A DNA stretch of 64,000 bases from Polyangiales bacterium (GCA_044229975.1 JBGARZ010000008.1:160001-224000), one strand, 5' to 3'; numbered from the stretch's first letter, positions 36,669 to 47,616 are shown. Notes: generated from the letters alone by a model not told the origin. A program made the numbers and translations.

Positions 36669-38831
36669 TCAGCTATTGAGGCGAACGCGGCCGTTCAGGA
36701 GGAGGATGTTGCCGCCCCCCGGCTCGTGCATCTCGACGTGGTCGGGTTGGAGTTCGAAGCGGGCCTCTCCGTTGTTGTCGGCCTTGACCCGCGTCGCGCC
36801 GTGAATGCTGATGCCACCGCGGTCGATCAGCAGGTAGCTCTCCCCGACCTGGAGTCGGATGGAGTGCCCCGCCCTGATGACGATGTCGCGTCCGACCTTC
36901 ATCGTGTGGTCGTTCTGGACGTCGACGGTCTGGGATCCGGCTCCTGGGGCGGGGCTGTCAGCAGCGCCCACCACCACTGAGCGGCAGCCGGCGGTGATCG
37001 ACTCTCGCTCACCTACGCTCGCGACCCGGTTCCCGTCGACCGTGAGAAGCTCATCGACTTTGATCTCCGTGCTTCGGGTCCCGCCGATCGCGTTCGTCTC
37101 GTTGCACGCGACCGTGAGGAGGTGGCCCTTCTGGATGACTTCGTGGTGGTCCCGCCCCACCGTCATCCGGTGATCCCGCCCGATGCTCTCCGTGCGGTCG
37201 TGGCCCACCGTCGCTAGGTGGTCGCTCAGCACCTGCTCCCGCAGGTTGCGTTGCGCCCGCAAGAACACCTCCTCCCGGTGCGTCTCATCATCGAAGACCA
37301 GCTCGTTGTAGCGGCTCACGTCGTCCAGGCTCGCGGTGCGAATCCCGCTGCGTGACCGGTGCTGCGGCAGCTCCTCGGCGTGATGGTTCTCCCCGTTGTA
37401 GATGGCGCCCACCACGATGGGCCGGTCGGGATCACCCCCCACGAAGTCCACCGCCACCTCCATCCCCGCCCGCGGGATGAACGTGAACCCGTACCCAGTG
37501 CCCGCCCAGCTCTGCACCACCGGAACGAAGCAGCTCGTCGTCGCGGGCGACTCTCCCCGCTCGTCCCACTTGAAGCGCACCTTCACCCGCCCGTGAAACT
37601 CCGTCGCGGGCGCCTGCGCGTCGGGTCCCTCCACCCGCGCGAGCTCCACCCCCGAGACCCGCGGCCACGGCGTCACCCGCTCCGGCCGAAACCCACCCTC
37701 CGCCACAACGCACACCACAGTGTTCGCGTACCGCGACTCGTCGCCGCGCTCGTCGGGCCGATCGGTCAGCACCTCCGGCGCGTGTCCCTTGTGCGTCACC
37801 GCGATCACCAGCACCGCCTCGTGGTCGCCATCCAGGCCCTCGGCCGACAGCCGCTGACCCGCCGACAACCCCGTCACGTTGCCCGTCGCCGTCGCCACAC
37901 GTGATCGCGACCGCGCGCCCTCCATCCGTAGCGTCGACTGCGCCGCCGCGTCGTCTTGCGAGTACGCGTGCCCCTCGTAGCCGCCCAACGCCAACCCCGT
38001 CGTGCACTCCCGCCGAATCCGCCGACCGCTTCGGGCCCGGCTGGCATTGGCGTCGTAGCTCGGGCGGCTCCAATCATGGTCGGCCACCAGCGCGCTCGTG
38101 GTCGTCGCCCGCCGCTCCCATTGCCACGACCGGAACGTCTCGCTCGCGCTCAACGCTCCTTCCGCTCCAGCGAGCGAGACCGCGCGCCCGTCCATCGTCG
38201 GCGTCACAGCCCAGGGCTCCGCATGATCGCTCAGCACCAGCACCTCGCCCCGCTCGGCGTCGTGGCGAACGAAGAAGGTGATGCCCTCGCGCTCCAGCCA
38301 GCGCTTCACGAAGTCCAGGTCGCTCTCCCGATACTGGGTGAGGTATTCGTGAACGGGCAGCGATCGCGTCACGTGGACATCGAGGCGTCCCACGTAGAGG
38401 TCAGCCTGGCGCAGCACCTCGCGCGTCAGGGCCACCGCGTCGCGATCGACGAACACGCGCGAATCGAAGCGTTCCGAAAGGCACCACAGCTCGGGCACCA
38501 GCACCGCCCTCGCGATGCGATGGTTGTGGGCGACGCCCAGATCGGTCGCCGCGCGGACGATGCCGGACACGGTGCGCGCGTGGCCGGCGCGGGCGATGGT
38601 GAGCTCGGCCACGCAGTCGATGAAGTCCTCGGCGCGCATCTCGGCGTCCGTGGTGGCCAGCTCGATGGTGTATTCGAAGCCCTCGGACAGAGCCTCGCGA
38701 CCGTCGAAGCGAACAACCTGCCAGCGCTCCTCGGTGAGCACCTTGAAGGTGAAGGTCGCCTCGGGGAGCGGAGCGGCGTGGCGGTCCATGGCGTCGATCA
38801 GGGTGTTGGCGTCGGTGGGCAAGCGGCTCAT
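36669..38831 (-). CDS. vgrG: Type VI secretion spike protein VgrG (TssI)
   Basis: QYRESDLDFVKR, GRVKVRFKWD, IPRAGMEVAVDFVGGDPDRPIVVG, NELVFDD; gp5-like beta repeats. Confidence 0.93.
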   Translation of the reverse strand: MSRLPTDANTLIDAMDRHAAPLPEATFTFKVLTEERWQVVRFDGREALSEGFEYTIELATTDAEMRAEDFIDCVAELTIARAGHARTVSGIVRAATDLGVAHNHRIARAVLVPELWCLSERFDSRVFVDRDAVALTREVLRQADLYVGRLDVHVTRSLPVHEYLTQYRESDLDFVKRWLEREGITFFVRHDAERGEVLVLSDHAEPWAVTPTMDGRAVSLAGAEGALSASETFRSWQWERRATTTSALVADHDWSRPSYDANASRARSGRRIRRECTTGLALGGYEGHAYSQDDAAAQSTLRMEGARSRSRVATATGNVTGLSAGQRLSAEGLDGDHEAVLVIAVTHKGHAPEVLTDRPDERGDESRYANTVVCVVAEGGFRPERVTPWPRVSGVELARVEGPDAQAPATEFHGRVKVRFKWDERGESPATTSCFVPVVQSWAGTGYGFTFIPRAGMEVAVDFVGGDPDRPIVVGAIYNGENHHAEELPQHRSRSGIRTASLDDVSRYNELVFDDETHREEVFLRAQRNLREQVLSDHLATVGHDRTESIGRDHRMTVGRDHHEVIQKGHLLTVACNETNAIGGTRSTEIKVDELLTVDGNRVASVGERESITAGCRSVVVGAADSPAPGAGSQTVDVQNDHTMKVGRDIVIRAGHSIRLQVGESYLLIDRGGISIHGATRVKADNNGEARFELQPDHVEMHEPGGGNILLLNGRVRLNS

Positions 38832-38992
38832 CGCGAACTCCTCGGGTTGGGCCCGGAAGTGGGCCGTGGGTTGCGGTGCGCGCTCTTGTCGAAACCGACC
38901 CCGACAAAGGTTTCCGGTCCCCTGTAAGCCGAGACCCCCAAGGGGCGTTGTGCGTCGGAGATCCACAGTTTCCGAGGAGCACCCGTACCGCC

Positions 38993-41413
38993 ATGATCTC
39001 CCTGCCCCGCCTCCGCGTCGTCCGCCTCGCCCTGTGCCTGCTGGCCCTCGCCCTGTCCCTCATCGGGCAGGCCCGCAGCGCCCACGCCACCGGGCTCCTC
39101 CTACCCGCCGACGGCTCGCTCGGGCCGCTCGCGATCCGCTCGCACCGGGTAACAGTCGGCATCCACGAGCGCGTCGCCGAGACCCGCGTGGTGCAGGTGT
39201 TTCGCAACCAGACCGACCGCGTGCTCGAAGGCACGTACGTCTTCCCGCTGCCCCCCGGCGCCTCGGTCTCGGGCTTCGCCATGACCGTCAACGGCCGCCG
39301 CGTCGAGGGCTCCGTCCTCGAAGCCAACGAGGCTCGAACCATCTACGAAGGCATCGTCGCCCGCATGCGCGACCCCGGCCTCGTCGAATACATGGGAGGC
39401 AACCTGTTCAGGGCGAGGGTGTTCCCCATCCCCGCCAGCGGCGACCAGACCGTGGAGCTGCGCTTCACCCAGACCGTCGACTACCAGGGCAGCACCATCC
39501 ACTACCGCTACCCCCTCCGCACCGCCGGACCGCAGGCGCGCACCATGGAGGACTTCACCCTCTCGGCCACGCTCGAATCGAGCGCCCCCATCCGCGCGGT
39601 CTACTCGCCCACGCACCGCATCGACACCACCCGCCGCAACGCCCGCCAGGCCACCGTCGGCTTCGAGCTCGGCAACGCCGTCCTCGATCGCGACTTCGAC
39701 CTCTACTACACGGTCGCCGACAGCGACGTTGGGATGAGCGTCCTGACCCACCGCGAGCAGGGCGAGGACGGCTACTTCCTCATGATGCTCGCCCCGCGCA
39801 GCGAGTCGACCGACCGCGAGGTCATTGGCAAGGACATCCTCTTCGTCTGCGACACGTCGGGCTCCATGGCCGGGGAGAAGATGGCCAACGCCCGGCTCGC
39901 CCTCCGCGCCTGGGTCAACCGCCTCAACCCCGACGACACCTTCAACGTCCTGCGCTTCAGCACCGACGTGGAGTCCTTCTCCGAAGCCTCGGTCAATGCC
40001 TCGCCCGAAAACCGCGCCCGCGCCATCCGCTTCATCGACGGCTTCGAAGCCTCCGGTGGAACCGCCATCTCCCCCGCCCTCACCCAGGCGCTCGACGTGC
40101 CCGTTCGACGCGGCGCGCCCCGCACCATCGTCTTCCTCACCGATGGCATGCCCACGGTCGGCGAGACCAACACCACCGCCATCATCCGCGCGGCCGCCGA
40201 GCGCAACGCGGGCCGCGCGCAGATCTTCACCTTCGGCCTCGGCGACGACGTCAACACCACCTTCCTCGACCTGCTCGCCCAGCAGAACCGCGGCTCGGCC
40301 GACTACGCCCGCTCCGGCGCCGAGATGGCCACGCTCCTCGAAGGCTTCTACAACCGCATCGCCTTCCCGATGCTCGCCGACCTGCGGCTCGCGCTCCGGG
40401 GAGCCGACGCCTTCGACGTCTACCCCCGCGACCTCGGGACCCTCTACCGCGGCGGTCAGCTCGTCGTGACCGGCCGCTACCGCACCGCGGGCGCCGCCAA
40501 CGTCGCCCTCACCGCCACCGTCGCCGCGCAGGAAGCGCCGCGCACCTTCGAGTGGCCCGTGACCCTGCCCGCCCGCGAGGAAGGCAACGGCTTCATCCCG
40601 CGCGTCTGGGCCACCAGGAAGGTGGGCTACCTGCTCGATGAGATCCGGCTGCGCGGCGAGAACCCCGAGGTGCGCGAGAGCGTCGTGCAGCTCGCCCGCC
40701 GCTTCGGCATCGTCACGCCGTACACCAGCTACCTCGTCACCGAAGAGTCGCAGCCCGTCGACGAGATCGCGGAGCGCCCAGCGTCGCGCGGCGTCCAGAC
40801 GGGGAGCGCCGACGGGACGCGCATCAACCGCGGGCCGGTGCCGACCACCGCCAGCACGACGCCGCGTCGCCCCATGGGCAGCAACACCGACTCGCTGATG
40901 AATCAGGTGGCCGTCCCGACCGCGATGCCGAGCCCGCCCGCAGCCGCAGCACCCGCGGAGGACTTCCGCGCCTTCCAGTCGCTCGGCGGCAACGGCGCCG
41001 CGGCGATCCAGCCCAGCATCGTCGCGGCCACGCCGTCGGCAGCACCGCCCGCACCGCCTCGCGTCGACGCCACGGGCGAGGCCGGGCGTCGGGTGGCCAA
41101 CCGCCTCCGCGATCTCCGCGAGGCCGAGCGGGCCGACGTCGGCGCGGGCGGCACCCGCTTCGTCGCCGGGCACGCGCTCGTCCTCCGCAACGGAACCTGG
41201 ACCGAAGACAACCTCCCCGCCAACGCCCGCGTGCTCCGCGTGCGCGCCATGGGGCGGAGCTGGTTCACCCTCCTGCGCCTTCGCCCCGCCCTGCGCGCGG
41301 TGCTCTCCGTCGGCCACGCCGTGCGCTTCCGCCTCGACGGCGGCCGCGTCATCGAGGTGGGCGACGCCGCGCCCGACACCGCCGACTCCGAGATCGAAGC
41401 CTTCCTCCGCTGA
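38993..41413 (+). CDS. Secreted VIT + vWA domain protein
   Basis: Signal peptide; VIT domain; MIDAS DTSGSM, GGT, LTDG; IVTPYTSYLV. Confidence 0.9.
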   Translation: MISLPRLRVVRLALCLLALALSLIGQARSAHATGLLLPADGSLGPLAIRSHRVTVGIHERVAETRVVQVFRNQTDRVLEGTYVFPLPPGASVSGFAMTVNGRRVEGSVLEANEARTIYEGIVARMRDPGLVEYMGGNLFRARVFPIPASGDQTVELRFTQTVDYQGSTIHYRYPLRTAGPQARTMEDFTLSATLESSAPIRAVYSPTHRIDTTRRNARQATVGFELGNAVLDRDFDLYYTVADSDVGMSVLTHREQGEDGYFLMMLAPRSESTDREVIGKDILFVCDTSGSMAGEKMANARLALRAWVNRLNPDDTFNVLRFSTDVESFSEASVNASPENRARAIRFIDGFEASGGTAISPALTQALDVPVRRGAPRTIVFLTDGMPTVGETNTTAIIRAAAERNAGRAQIFTFGLGDDVNTTFLDLLAQQNRGSADYARSGAEMATLLEGFYNRIAFPMLADLRLALRGADAFDVYPRDLGTLYRGGQLVVTGRYRTAGAANVALTATVAAQEAPRTFEWPVTLPAREEGNGFIPRVWATRKVGYLLDEIRLRGENPEVRESVVQLARRFGIVTPYTSYLVTEESQPVDEIAERPASRGVQTGSADGTRINRGPVPTTASTTPRRPMGSNTDSLMNQVAVPTAMPSPPAAAAPAEDFRAFQSLGGNGAAAIQPSIVAATPSAAPPAPPRVDATGEAGRRVANRLRDLREAERADVGAGGTRFVAGHALVLRNGTWTEDNLPANARVLRVRAMGRSWFTLLRLRPALRAVLSVGHAVRFRLDGGRVIEVGDAAPDTADSEIEAFLR

Positions 41414-41497
41414 GCGTCCGCGAGACCCTCCGCCCGCGTGGCGCGTCTCTCCGCTCACCACTTCCACCAACGTCAGCGCCTTGAGTGAGGTTCAGCC

Positions 41498-42235
41498 ATG
41501 AAGCCTTCTGTCCTGTCGTGTGCCCTGTTCCTGTCGGCCCTGGCGTTTGCCCCCGTTGCGGGCGCCGTCGAGGTCTATGTCTCCGGGGTCGTGAGCCCGC
41601 CCCCGCGGGTCGTGTACGTCCCGTCGCCGCGGGTCTACGTCCCGTCGCCGCGGGTGTATGTGCCGCCGACGGTGGTCCACCTCGCGCCGCAGCCCGTCGT
41701 CATCGAGCAGCCCGCCCCCATCGCCCCGCCGGACGCGCCCACGCACCCGCAGCCGCAGGAGCGACGTGACCCGCGCGCGTCGTTCTTCGTGGGCGCCGGG
41801 TACGGCGGCATCACCAGCGACCGCGGCACCGCCGGCACCTGGCGACTCCACCTCGGGCTCGGCCTCGGCGCGACCGAGCTCGGCCTGCGCGCCGACATCG
41901 CCGACCGCTCCATGGCCACGATGTCCAACCGCGAGGGCAGCGCCTACCGCGTCGGCGCGGAGGTCGCGCACCGCTTCCTCGAAGGCGCCACCGTGCGACC
42001 CGTCATCGGCGCGTCCTTCGACCGCTGGCAGTTTGCGCCCGACGGCGCACCGGGCTCAGGCGCGTTTGGCGTCGGCGCGCGCGGGGGCGTCGAGGTGCAC
42101 TACCACCTCAACCCGGGCGCGGCGCTCGTGTTCGGTGCTGACATTGGATACCACCGCATCCTCGCTGCCATCGACGACGCCGACGTCTCGCGCGACCTGC
42201 TCACCTTCGGCGCCACCATGGACATCCGCCTGTAG
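41498..42235 (+). CDS. Putative outer-membrane beta-barrel protein with PRVYVPS repeats
   Basis: Signal peptide, Pro-rich tandem repeats, amphipathic beta strands. Confidence 0.6.
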   Translation: MKPSVLSCALFLSALAFAPVAGAVEVYVSGVVSPPPRVVYVPSPRVYVPSPRVYVPPTVVHLAPQPVVIEQPAPIAPPDAPTHPQPQERRDPRASFFVGAGYGGITSDRGTAGTWRLHLGLGLGATELGLRADIADRSMATMSNREGSAYRVGAEVAHRFLEGATVRPVIGASFDRWQFAPDGAPGSGAFGVGARGGVEVHYHLNPGAALVFGADIGYHRILAAIDDADVSRDLLTFGATMDIRL

Positions 42236-42251
42236 CGACGTGGTCTCTGCT

Positions 42252-42267
42252 GGGCATCGCCGATGCA
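42252..42267 (+). promoter_or_regulatory. Possible sigma-54 -24/-12 promoter
   Basis: GGCATCGCCGATGCA fits GG-N10-GC just upstream of ATG 42281; weak evidence in GC-rich DNA. Confidence 0.25.
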
Positions 42268-42280
42268 ATGCCCGCCTCGC

Positions 42281-42910
42281 ATGAACCTCCTTCCCTACTC
42301 CGTCGCCCTCTCGCTCACCCTCGTCGCCTCGACCGTCCGCGCCGACCCCGGCACCGACGCGGACCACTTCGAAGCCACCATGGGATTCCTCGCCACCGCG
42401 CAGGATCACCGCGCCACCGGCTTCGCCAACGACGGCAGCGGGCCCGCCCTCGCGCAGACCTTCGCGCGAGCCCCGTACGACCGCGCCCTCGGACTCGGCC
42501 TCCGCTACGACGCGCGCGCCGTCATCTCGCACGTCCGCATGACCGCGGGCTTCGACCTCCCGTTCACGTCGTTTGACGGAACCGCACCCGCGCGCATCGA
42601 CGAGCACGACGTGACGGCGCGCTCGCTGTGGAGCTGGGGCCTGCGCTTCGGCCTGGGTGGCGAGTACGGCTTCGGCGCGGTGACACCCTTCGTCGATCTT
42701 CAGGGGTCGGTGCTGGGCGTGTCCACCACGGTCAACGTCGACGGGCGCGCCGCCGAGTACGACGCGCTGCGCTTCGGCTTCTCGGCGCGGGCGGGCGTGC
42801 GCATCCATCTGCGGCGGTGGTTCTTCGTGACGGCGTCGGGCGAGGTCGGAATCATCGGGCCGACGCTCTGGAGCGCCGACGTCGGCGTGGGCTTTCGCAT
42901 CGGGTCATGA
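42281..42910 (+). CDS. Putative outer-membrane beta-barrel protein
   Basis: Signal peptide; alternating beta strands; C-terminal VGVGFRIG. Confidence 0.6.
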   Translation: MNLLPYSVALSLTLVASTVRADPGTDADHFEATMGFLATAQDHRATGFANDGSGPALAQTFARAPYDRALGLGLRYDARAVISHVRMTAGFDLPFTSFDGTAPARIDEHDVTARSLWSWGLRFGLGGEYGFGAVTPFVDLQGSVLGVSTTVNVDGRAAEYDALRFGFSARAGVRIHLRRWFFVTASGEVGIIGPTLWSADVGVGFRIGS

Positions 42911-43140
42911 CCGCGCCGTCATGGCGACGACACGCGCCGCGGTGGCCACGGCGGGAGCCATCGGTGGTGGCCGGAGCGCGACCTCGGAGGACCTCACCGC
43001 CCCGTGATTCGTGGCCTTGTCGAACTCGACACTTCGGTCGTGATGATGGCCGTTTGTCGCGAGCCGCGAGAGAGGCACCGCTCATTGGCGACGTGTGCAT
43101 CCTTTGCGCGGGGACTGGGGTTCCCATCGGAGGTCCATTC

Positions 43141-45651
43141 ATGCGCACGCCCCTTTCGCTCGCCACTCTCGTCGTGATCGCCGCGGCGTGTAGCCCCTCC
43201 GCCGTGGGCCTCCTTCCTCCTGGCAGCGATGTTCCTGCGGGCTCCGATCGACCCGCGGTCCTCGACGCCGCCGTCACGGACGTCTCCTTCGACGTCCCCA
43301 ACGACGTTGGCTTCACCTGCGTCTCGTCGCACATGTGCCCCGGCAACGTGTGCGACACCGTCCTCGGCCGCTGCGTCGACTGCGTTGGCGACCGCGACTG
43401 CACCGGCGGCCTCGTGTGCACCCGCAACCGCTGCATGCCGCCTCCCCTCTCCTGCCGCTCGGATCGCGAGTGCGGCGCCAGCAACCAGGTGTGCGACGCC
43501 TCGCGCGGCGTCTGCGTCGACTGCATCTCCGACGCCGACTGCCCGAGCGAGCAGTTCTGCACGGCCGATCGTGCGTGCGTTGCGCGGGTGTGTGTTCCTG
43601 CGGCGCGGGAGTGCGCCGACCTGCGGCAGCTCCGCGTGTGCAGCACCAACGGCAGCGCGTGACAGACCACCGCGTGCCCGAGCGCGACCTCCTGCGTCGA
43701 CGGTCAGTGCCGATCGCGCGTCTGCACTCCAGGGACGGCGAGCTGCGAGTCGACCTCCCAGCGCCGCGAATGCAACGCCGACGCCCTCGGCTACACCGCC
43801 ACCGCCTGCGCCCCGATGGAGACCTGCTCTGTCGGAACCTGCCGCGCGTGGACCTGTACCCCTGGCGCCGCGGTCTGCGCGTCGACCACCTCGTTGAACA
43901 TCTGCAACGCCGACGGGCTCGGCGCCCGGACGGCCACCTGCCCCAGCACTTCGGGCGCGACCGGGACGTGCGACGCGGACGCCTGCGGAGTGACCTGCTC
44001 CGCGGGATTCGCCGATTGCGATGGCATCGCCACCAACGGCTGCGAGGCGACGACGGCGAGCGACGTTCGTCACTGCGGCGGCTGCGGGATGGCGGGCGCG
44101 TCGCGGCCCAACAGCGTCGCGTCGTGCGCGGCGGGTCGATGCGCGCTGGTCTGCACGAGCGGCTACGGCGACTGCGACGGGGACGCGAGCAACGGCTGCG
44201 AGCGGACGCTCGGCGCGGACGCCGCGAACTGCGGGCGCTGCGGGACGGTGTGCCCGGCGGGCCCCAACACGCGGGCGAGCTGCGCATCAGGCGTGTGCGC
44301 GTCGGCCTGTGAGATGGGATACGGCAACTGCGACGGCAGCACGAGCAACGGGTGCGAGGCCAACCTCTTCACCGACCTCAACCACTGCGGCGGGTGCGGG
44401 CTGCGCTGCGCTCCGATCAGCGGCACGGGCGCGTGCACGGCGGGCCGGTGCACCATCACGGCCTGCAACGCGGGTTACGCCGACTGCGACGCCATCGCGT
44501 CCACCGGGTGTGAGGTGAACCTCGCGCTCGCTACGGGTCACTGCGGGATGTGCGGGCGCGCATGCCCCGGCGCGGGCACGGCGGGGACGTCGGTGACGTG
44601 CAGCGCGGGCACCTGCACCTTCGCGTGCATGACGGGTCGCACCAACTGCGACGCCAACCAGGCCAACGGATGCGAGGCCAGCCTCGCGAGCGACGTGCGC
44701 AACTGCGGCGCGTGCGGCGTGGTGTGCGCCGCGGGACAGAGCTGCCTCGCAGGGACGTGCTCGACCTCGCCGCCGGGACAGCTTGCCCTCGCGCGCTACG
44801 GGCTCGCGGGCGCCAGGGCGACGGACGGGCGGGTGTATGTGTTCGGGGGTTCGAGCGCCTCAGCCATCGTCGCGAACACGGAGATGTTCGACCCGTCGAC
44901 CAACGAGTGGACCACCCGCGCGCCGATGCCCGCTGCGCGCTACCTGCCGGTGGCGGCCGCGCTCGCGGACGGGCGGGTGCTGGCGATCGGCGGGTACAAC
45001 GGGACGGCCACCATCGGGGTGTACGCGTACACGCCTTCGACGAATACGTGGGCGACGCTTCCGTCGCTGGCGACGGCCCGCTATGGGGCAGCGGCGGCGG
45101 TGGGGCTCGACGGGCGGGTGTACGTGTTCGGCGGAAGCGCCAACAGTTCGTCGCTGGGGATGACCAGCGCGGTGGTGTTCAACCCGGCGACCAACGCGTG
45201 GTCCAACATCCGGTCGGTGAGCGTGATTCGCACCGGCGGCTCGGCGGTCACCGCGCCCGATGGTCGCATCTACCTCTTCGGCGGAACCGTGCAGGATGGC
45301 GGCGGGACCCTGGCGGTCTTCGTGGAGATCTACGACCCGGTCAGCGACACGTACACCCTCGGTCCCAACTGGGCCCAGGCCCGTCCGATGATGGGCGCCG
45401 CCGTCGGCGCCGACGGGCGGGTGTATCTCGCGGGCGGCTACAACAGCACGTACCTCACGACGCTCTCGACGTTCAGCTTCGCGACGGGATCGTTCGGCGC
45501 CGCGGCGCCGATGAACATCGCCCACTCGTACTTTCCGCTCGTGAGCCTCGTGGACGGGAGGCTCCTCGCGATCGGCGGGCGCAGCAGCAACAGCGTGCTG
45601 GTGACCAACCGCGTCGAGGCCTACGACATCGGCACCAACACCTGGCGTTGA
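43141..45651 (+). pseudogene. Cys-rich repeat + Kelch beta-propeller lipoprotein interrupted by in-frame TGA at 43660-43662
   Basis: Lipobox AAAC; Cys repeats continue in the same frame across the stop; DGRVYVFGG Kelch repeats at the C-terminus. Confidence 0.85.
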
Positions 45652-45682
45652 ACGTCGGTCGAAGGTCCCGAGAGCGGGGGGG

Positions 45683-46540
45683 CTACGGAAGAGCCTCTTC
45701 GTGAACGTCGCTCACGGCCATCATCTCGTCGCGTGCGATGGGCGGCAGCCCGAGCTCCGCGACTCGCTCGGCGTCATAGGCGCCAGAGAGCAGGGAGATG
45801 CCGTTTCGACGGAGGAGGTCGCGCGCGCCCCCGTTTCCCCGAAGTCGCTTCATGTAGTCGTCCTGATCGAACAGGAGCGCTTGCACGATCGTGCGGTGGA
45901 CGGGGCGACCGAGGTTCTCACGGAAGAAGTCCGCCGCCCGCCGGGTGCCGCCCTTGACCTTGCGGAGCGCGCGGAAGCGTTCCATGTCGAGGCCCTCCCA
46001 ACGACTGCAAGGGAACCGGATCCCGTCGGCAAGCCACAGGATGTGCTCGAAGGCCCCGCTGCTCACCGAGCACTTCTGATCGCGGTTGGGTGCATTGAGG
46101 TACTCGGGCCGCGCGACGAGCAGACCGAGCCAACATCTACCGTCCTCCTCGGCGGTCGCGATCAGCAGGCACGGATCGGAGTTCTTGTACGTCTCCGGGG
46201 GGATCATCCACGTCGTGCCGACGGTGTTCTTCACGTCGACGTCGAGCCCGTCGATGACGAGGTCGCGGAGGCCCTTCGGCACGTCGAGGAGGTCGCGGAA
46301 ATAGTGCTCGACCTTGAGCCCGACGAAGGTCTTTTCGACGTTGTCGAGGTCGCGAATACGCGTCCGCGCGGTGCGCACCGGGTCGATCACGAAGTCGATC
46401 GCGTCGCGGATGAGCAGGGGCAACGCCCGATGCATCTCGGCCTCGCCACCTACCTTCTGGAGGATCGCCGCCCGAACCCGCTCAAGGACCGCGTAGTCCT
46501 GATGTCCGGGGACAACCTTGGACGGAAGGACTCGCTTCAT
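45683..46540 (-). CDS. NaeI-family type II restriction endonuclease
   Basis: EKTFVGLKVE, DVDVKNT, WMIPPE, NRDQK, DYMKRLRGNGGAR. Confidence 0.85.
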   Translation of the reverse strand: MKRVLPSKVVPGHQDYAVLERVRAAILQKVGGEAEMHRALPLLIRDAIDFVIDPVRTARTRIRDLDNVEKTFVGLKVEHYFRDLLDVPKGLRDLVIDGLDVDVKNTVGTTWMIPPETYKNSDPCLLIATAEEDGRCWLGLLVARPEYLNAPNRDQKCSVSSGAFEHILWLADGIRFPCSRWEGLDMERFRALRKVKGGTRRAADFFRENLGRPVHRTIVQALLFDQDDYMKRLRGNGGARDLLRRNGISLLSGAYDAERVAELGLPPIARDEMMAVSDVHEEALP

Positions 46541-46554
46541 GGCGAGGGCATCGA

Positions 46555-47616
46555 TCAGCCCGCGACTGCGGTCGCGACGCGACGCCCGGCGGTGAGCGCG
46601 CTCATGATGCGAGCGGCGATGGCGCCCGCGAACGGCGGCGGGAACGCGTTACCGACCTGACGATAGGCGGCCGTCTTCCCACCCGAAAACTCCCAGGTGT
46701 CGGGGAACCCCTGAATGCGCGCGACCATCCTCACCGTGAGACGCGGCATTCCGACGAACTCAGGCCCTGGAGCTTCGTTGGCTATGCCGAGACCATCAAC
46801 GCCCAGCTCAGCCCACGCCTTGCGCGCGCGGGTAGGCCCCAGGTCGGGGCCCCCGTGCTTCTTGGAGCCGCCTACGATCGTGGGTGCGATGCGGCTAGCG
46901 CCCGCGGCCCAGGCGTCGACACCTGACCAACCCTTCGCTCCCATCAAGTCACGCAGGGTGTCACCGACGCTGCGCGGCGCGACAGTGTGTTCGGGCCACG
47001 CGAACCCCGACGCGATCTCCCTCTTCAGAGCCACGAGGACCACGCGCGGACGGAGCTGGGGAACGCCGAACTCCGATGCGTGGCGCAGACACCAGCTCGA
47101 CTCGTAGCCCATCCGACGCAGCCGCTCTTCGATGTGGGCCCGGTACGGGGCGAACGCCGCATCGAACATCCCTCGGACGTTTTCGAACATCACCGCGCGA
47201 GGTCGGAGGGCGTCGACATACTCGACTCCGACGTTGAAGAGATTGCGCTCGTCCTGCTCGCCGAGCTGTTTGCCAGCCACCGAGAAGGGAGGGCACGGCA
47301 GGCCGCCCGCTAGGAGATCAACGCCCCGAAAACGTGCGAGGTCGAGGTGCTGAAAGAGGTCGTGCTCGATGACGTCCCAGTGCGGCCGGTTGGCCCGCAG
47401 CGTGGCGCAGGCGAACGCGTCGTTCTCGATCAGACCGACGTGCCCGAAACCCGCCGACTCCAACCCAAGGGCCTGCCCGCCAGCCCCCGCGCAGAGTTCA
47501 AGCGCGGTCGGACCCTCGACCCGCGCGATCACGGCAACGTCCTTGCGTGCGGACGGAAATGGGAGCGTGCGCTGCGCTGCTTGAGTGCCCCGATCCAAGA
47601 GTTGCGCGCGCGTCAT
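46555..47616 (-). CDS. C5-cytosine DNA methyltransferase, M.NaeI/NgoMIV-like (likely GCCGGC)
   Basis: CAGAGG, GLPCPPFS, ENV, PQLRPR, GGSKKHGGPDLGPTRA, YRQVGNA; start uncertain. Confidence 0.92.
   Translation of the reverse strand: MTRAQLLDRGTQAAQRTLPFPSARKDVAVIARVEGPTALELCAGAGGQALGLESAGFGHVGLIENDAFACATLRANRPHWDVIEHDLFQHLDLARFRGVDLLAGGLPCPPFSVAGKQLGEQDERNLFNVGVEYVDALRPRAVMFENVRGMFDAAFAPYRAHIEERLRRMGYESSWCLRHASEFGVPQLRPRVVLVALKREIASGFAWPEHTVAPRSVGDTLRDLMGAKGWSGVDAWAAGASRIAPTIVGGSKKHGGPDLGPTRARKAWAELGVDGLGIANEAPGPEFVGMPRLTVRMVARIQGFPDTWEFSGGKTAAYRQVGNAFPPPFAGAIAARIMSALTAGRRVATAVAG

Noticed and set aside
33114..38831. Prophage tail remnant
   Set aside because: The protein is a fused gp27-gp5 VgrG with DUF2169 neighbours; no phage structural or integrase genes nearby
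41600..41670. 21-bp tandem repeats as a contingency locus
   Set aside because: In-frame Pro-rich linker (PRVYVPS); copy change would not shift the frame
43660..43662. Selenocysteine codon
   Set aside because: The position matches an aromatic residue, not Cys, in the sister repeat; no convincing SECIS hairpin seen
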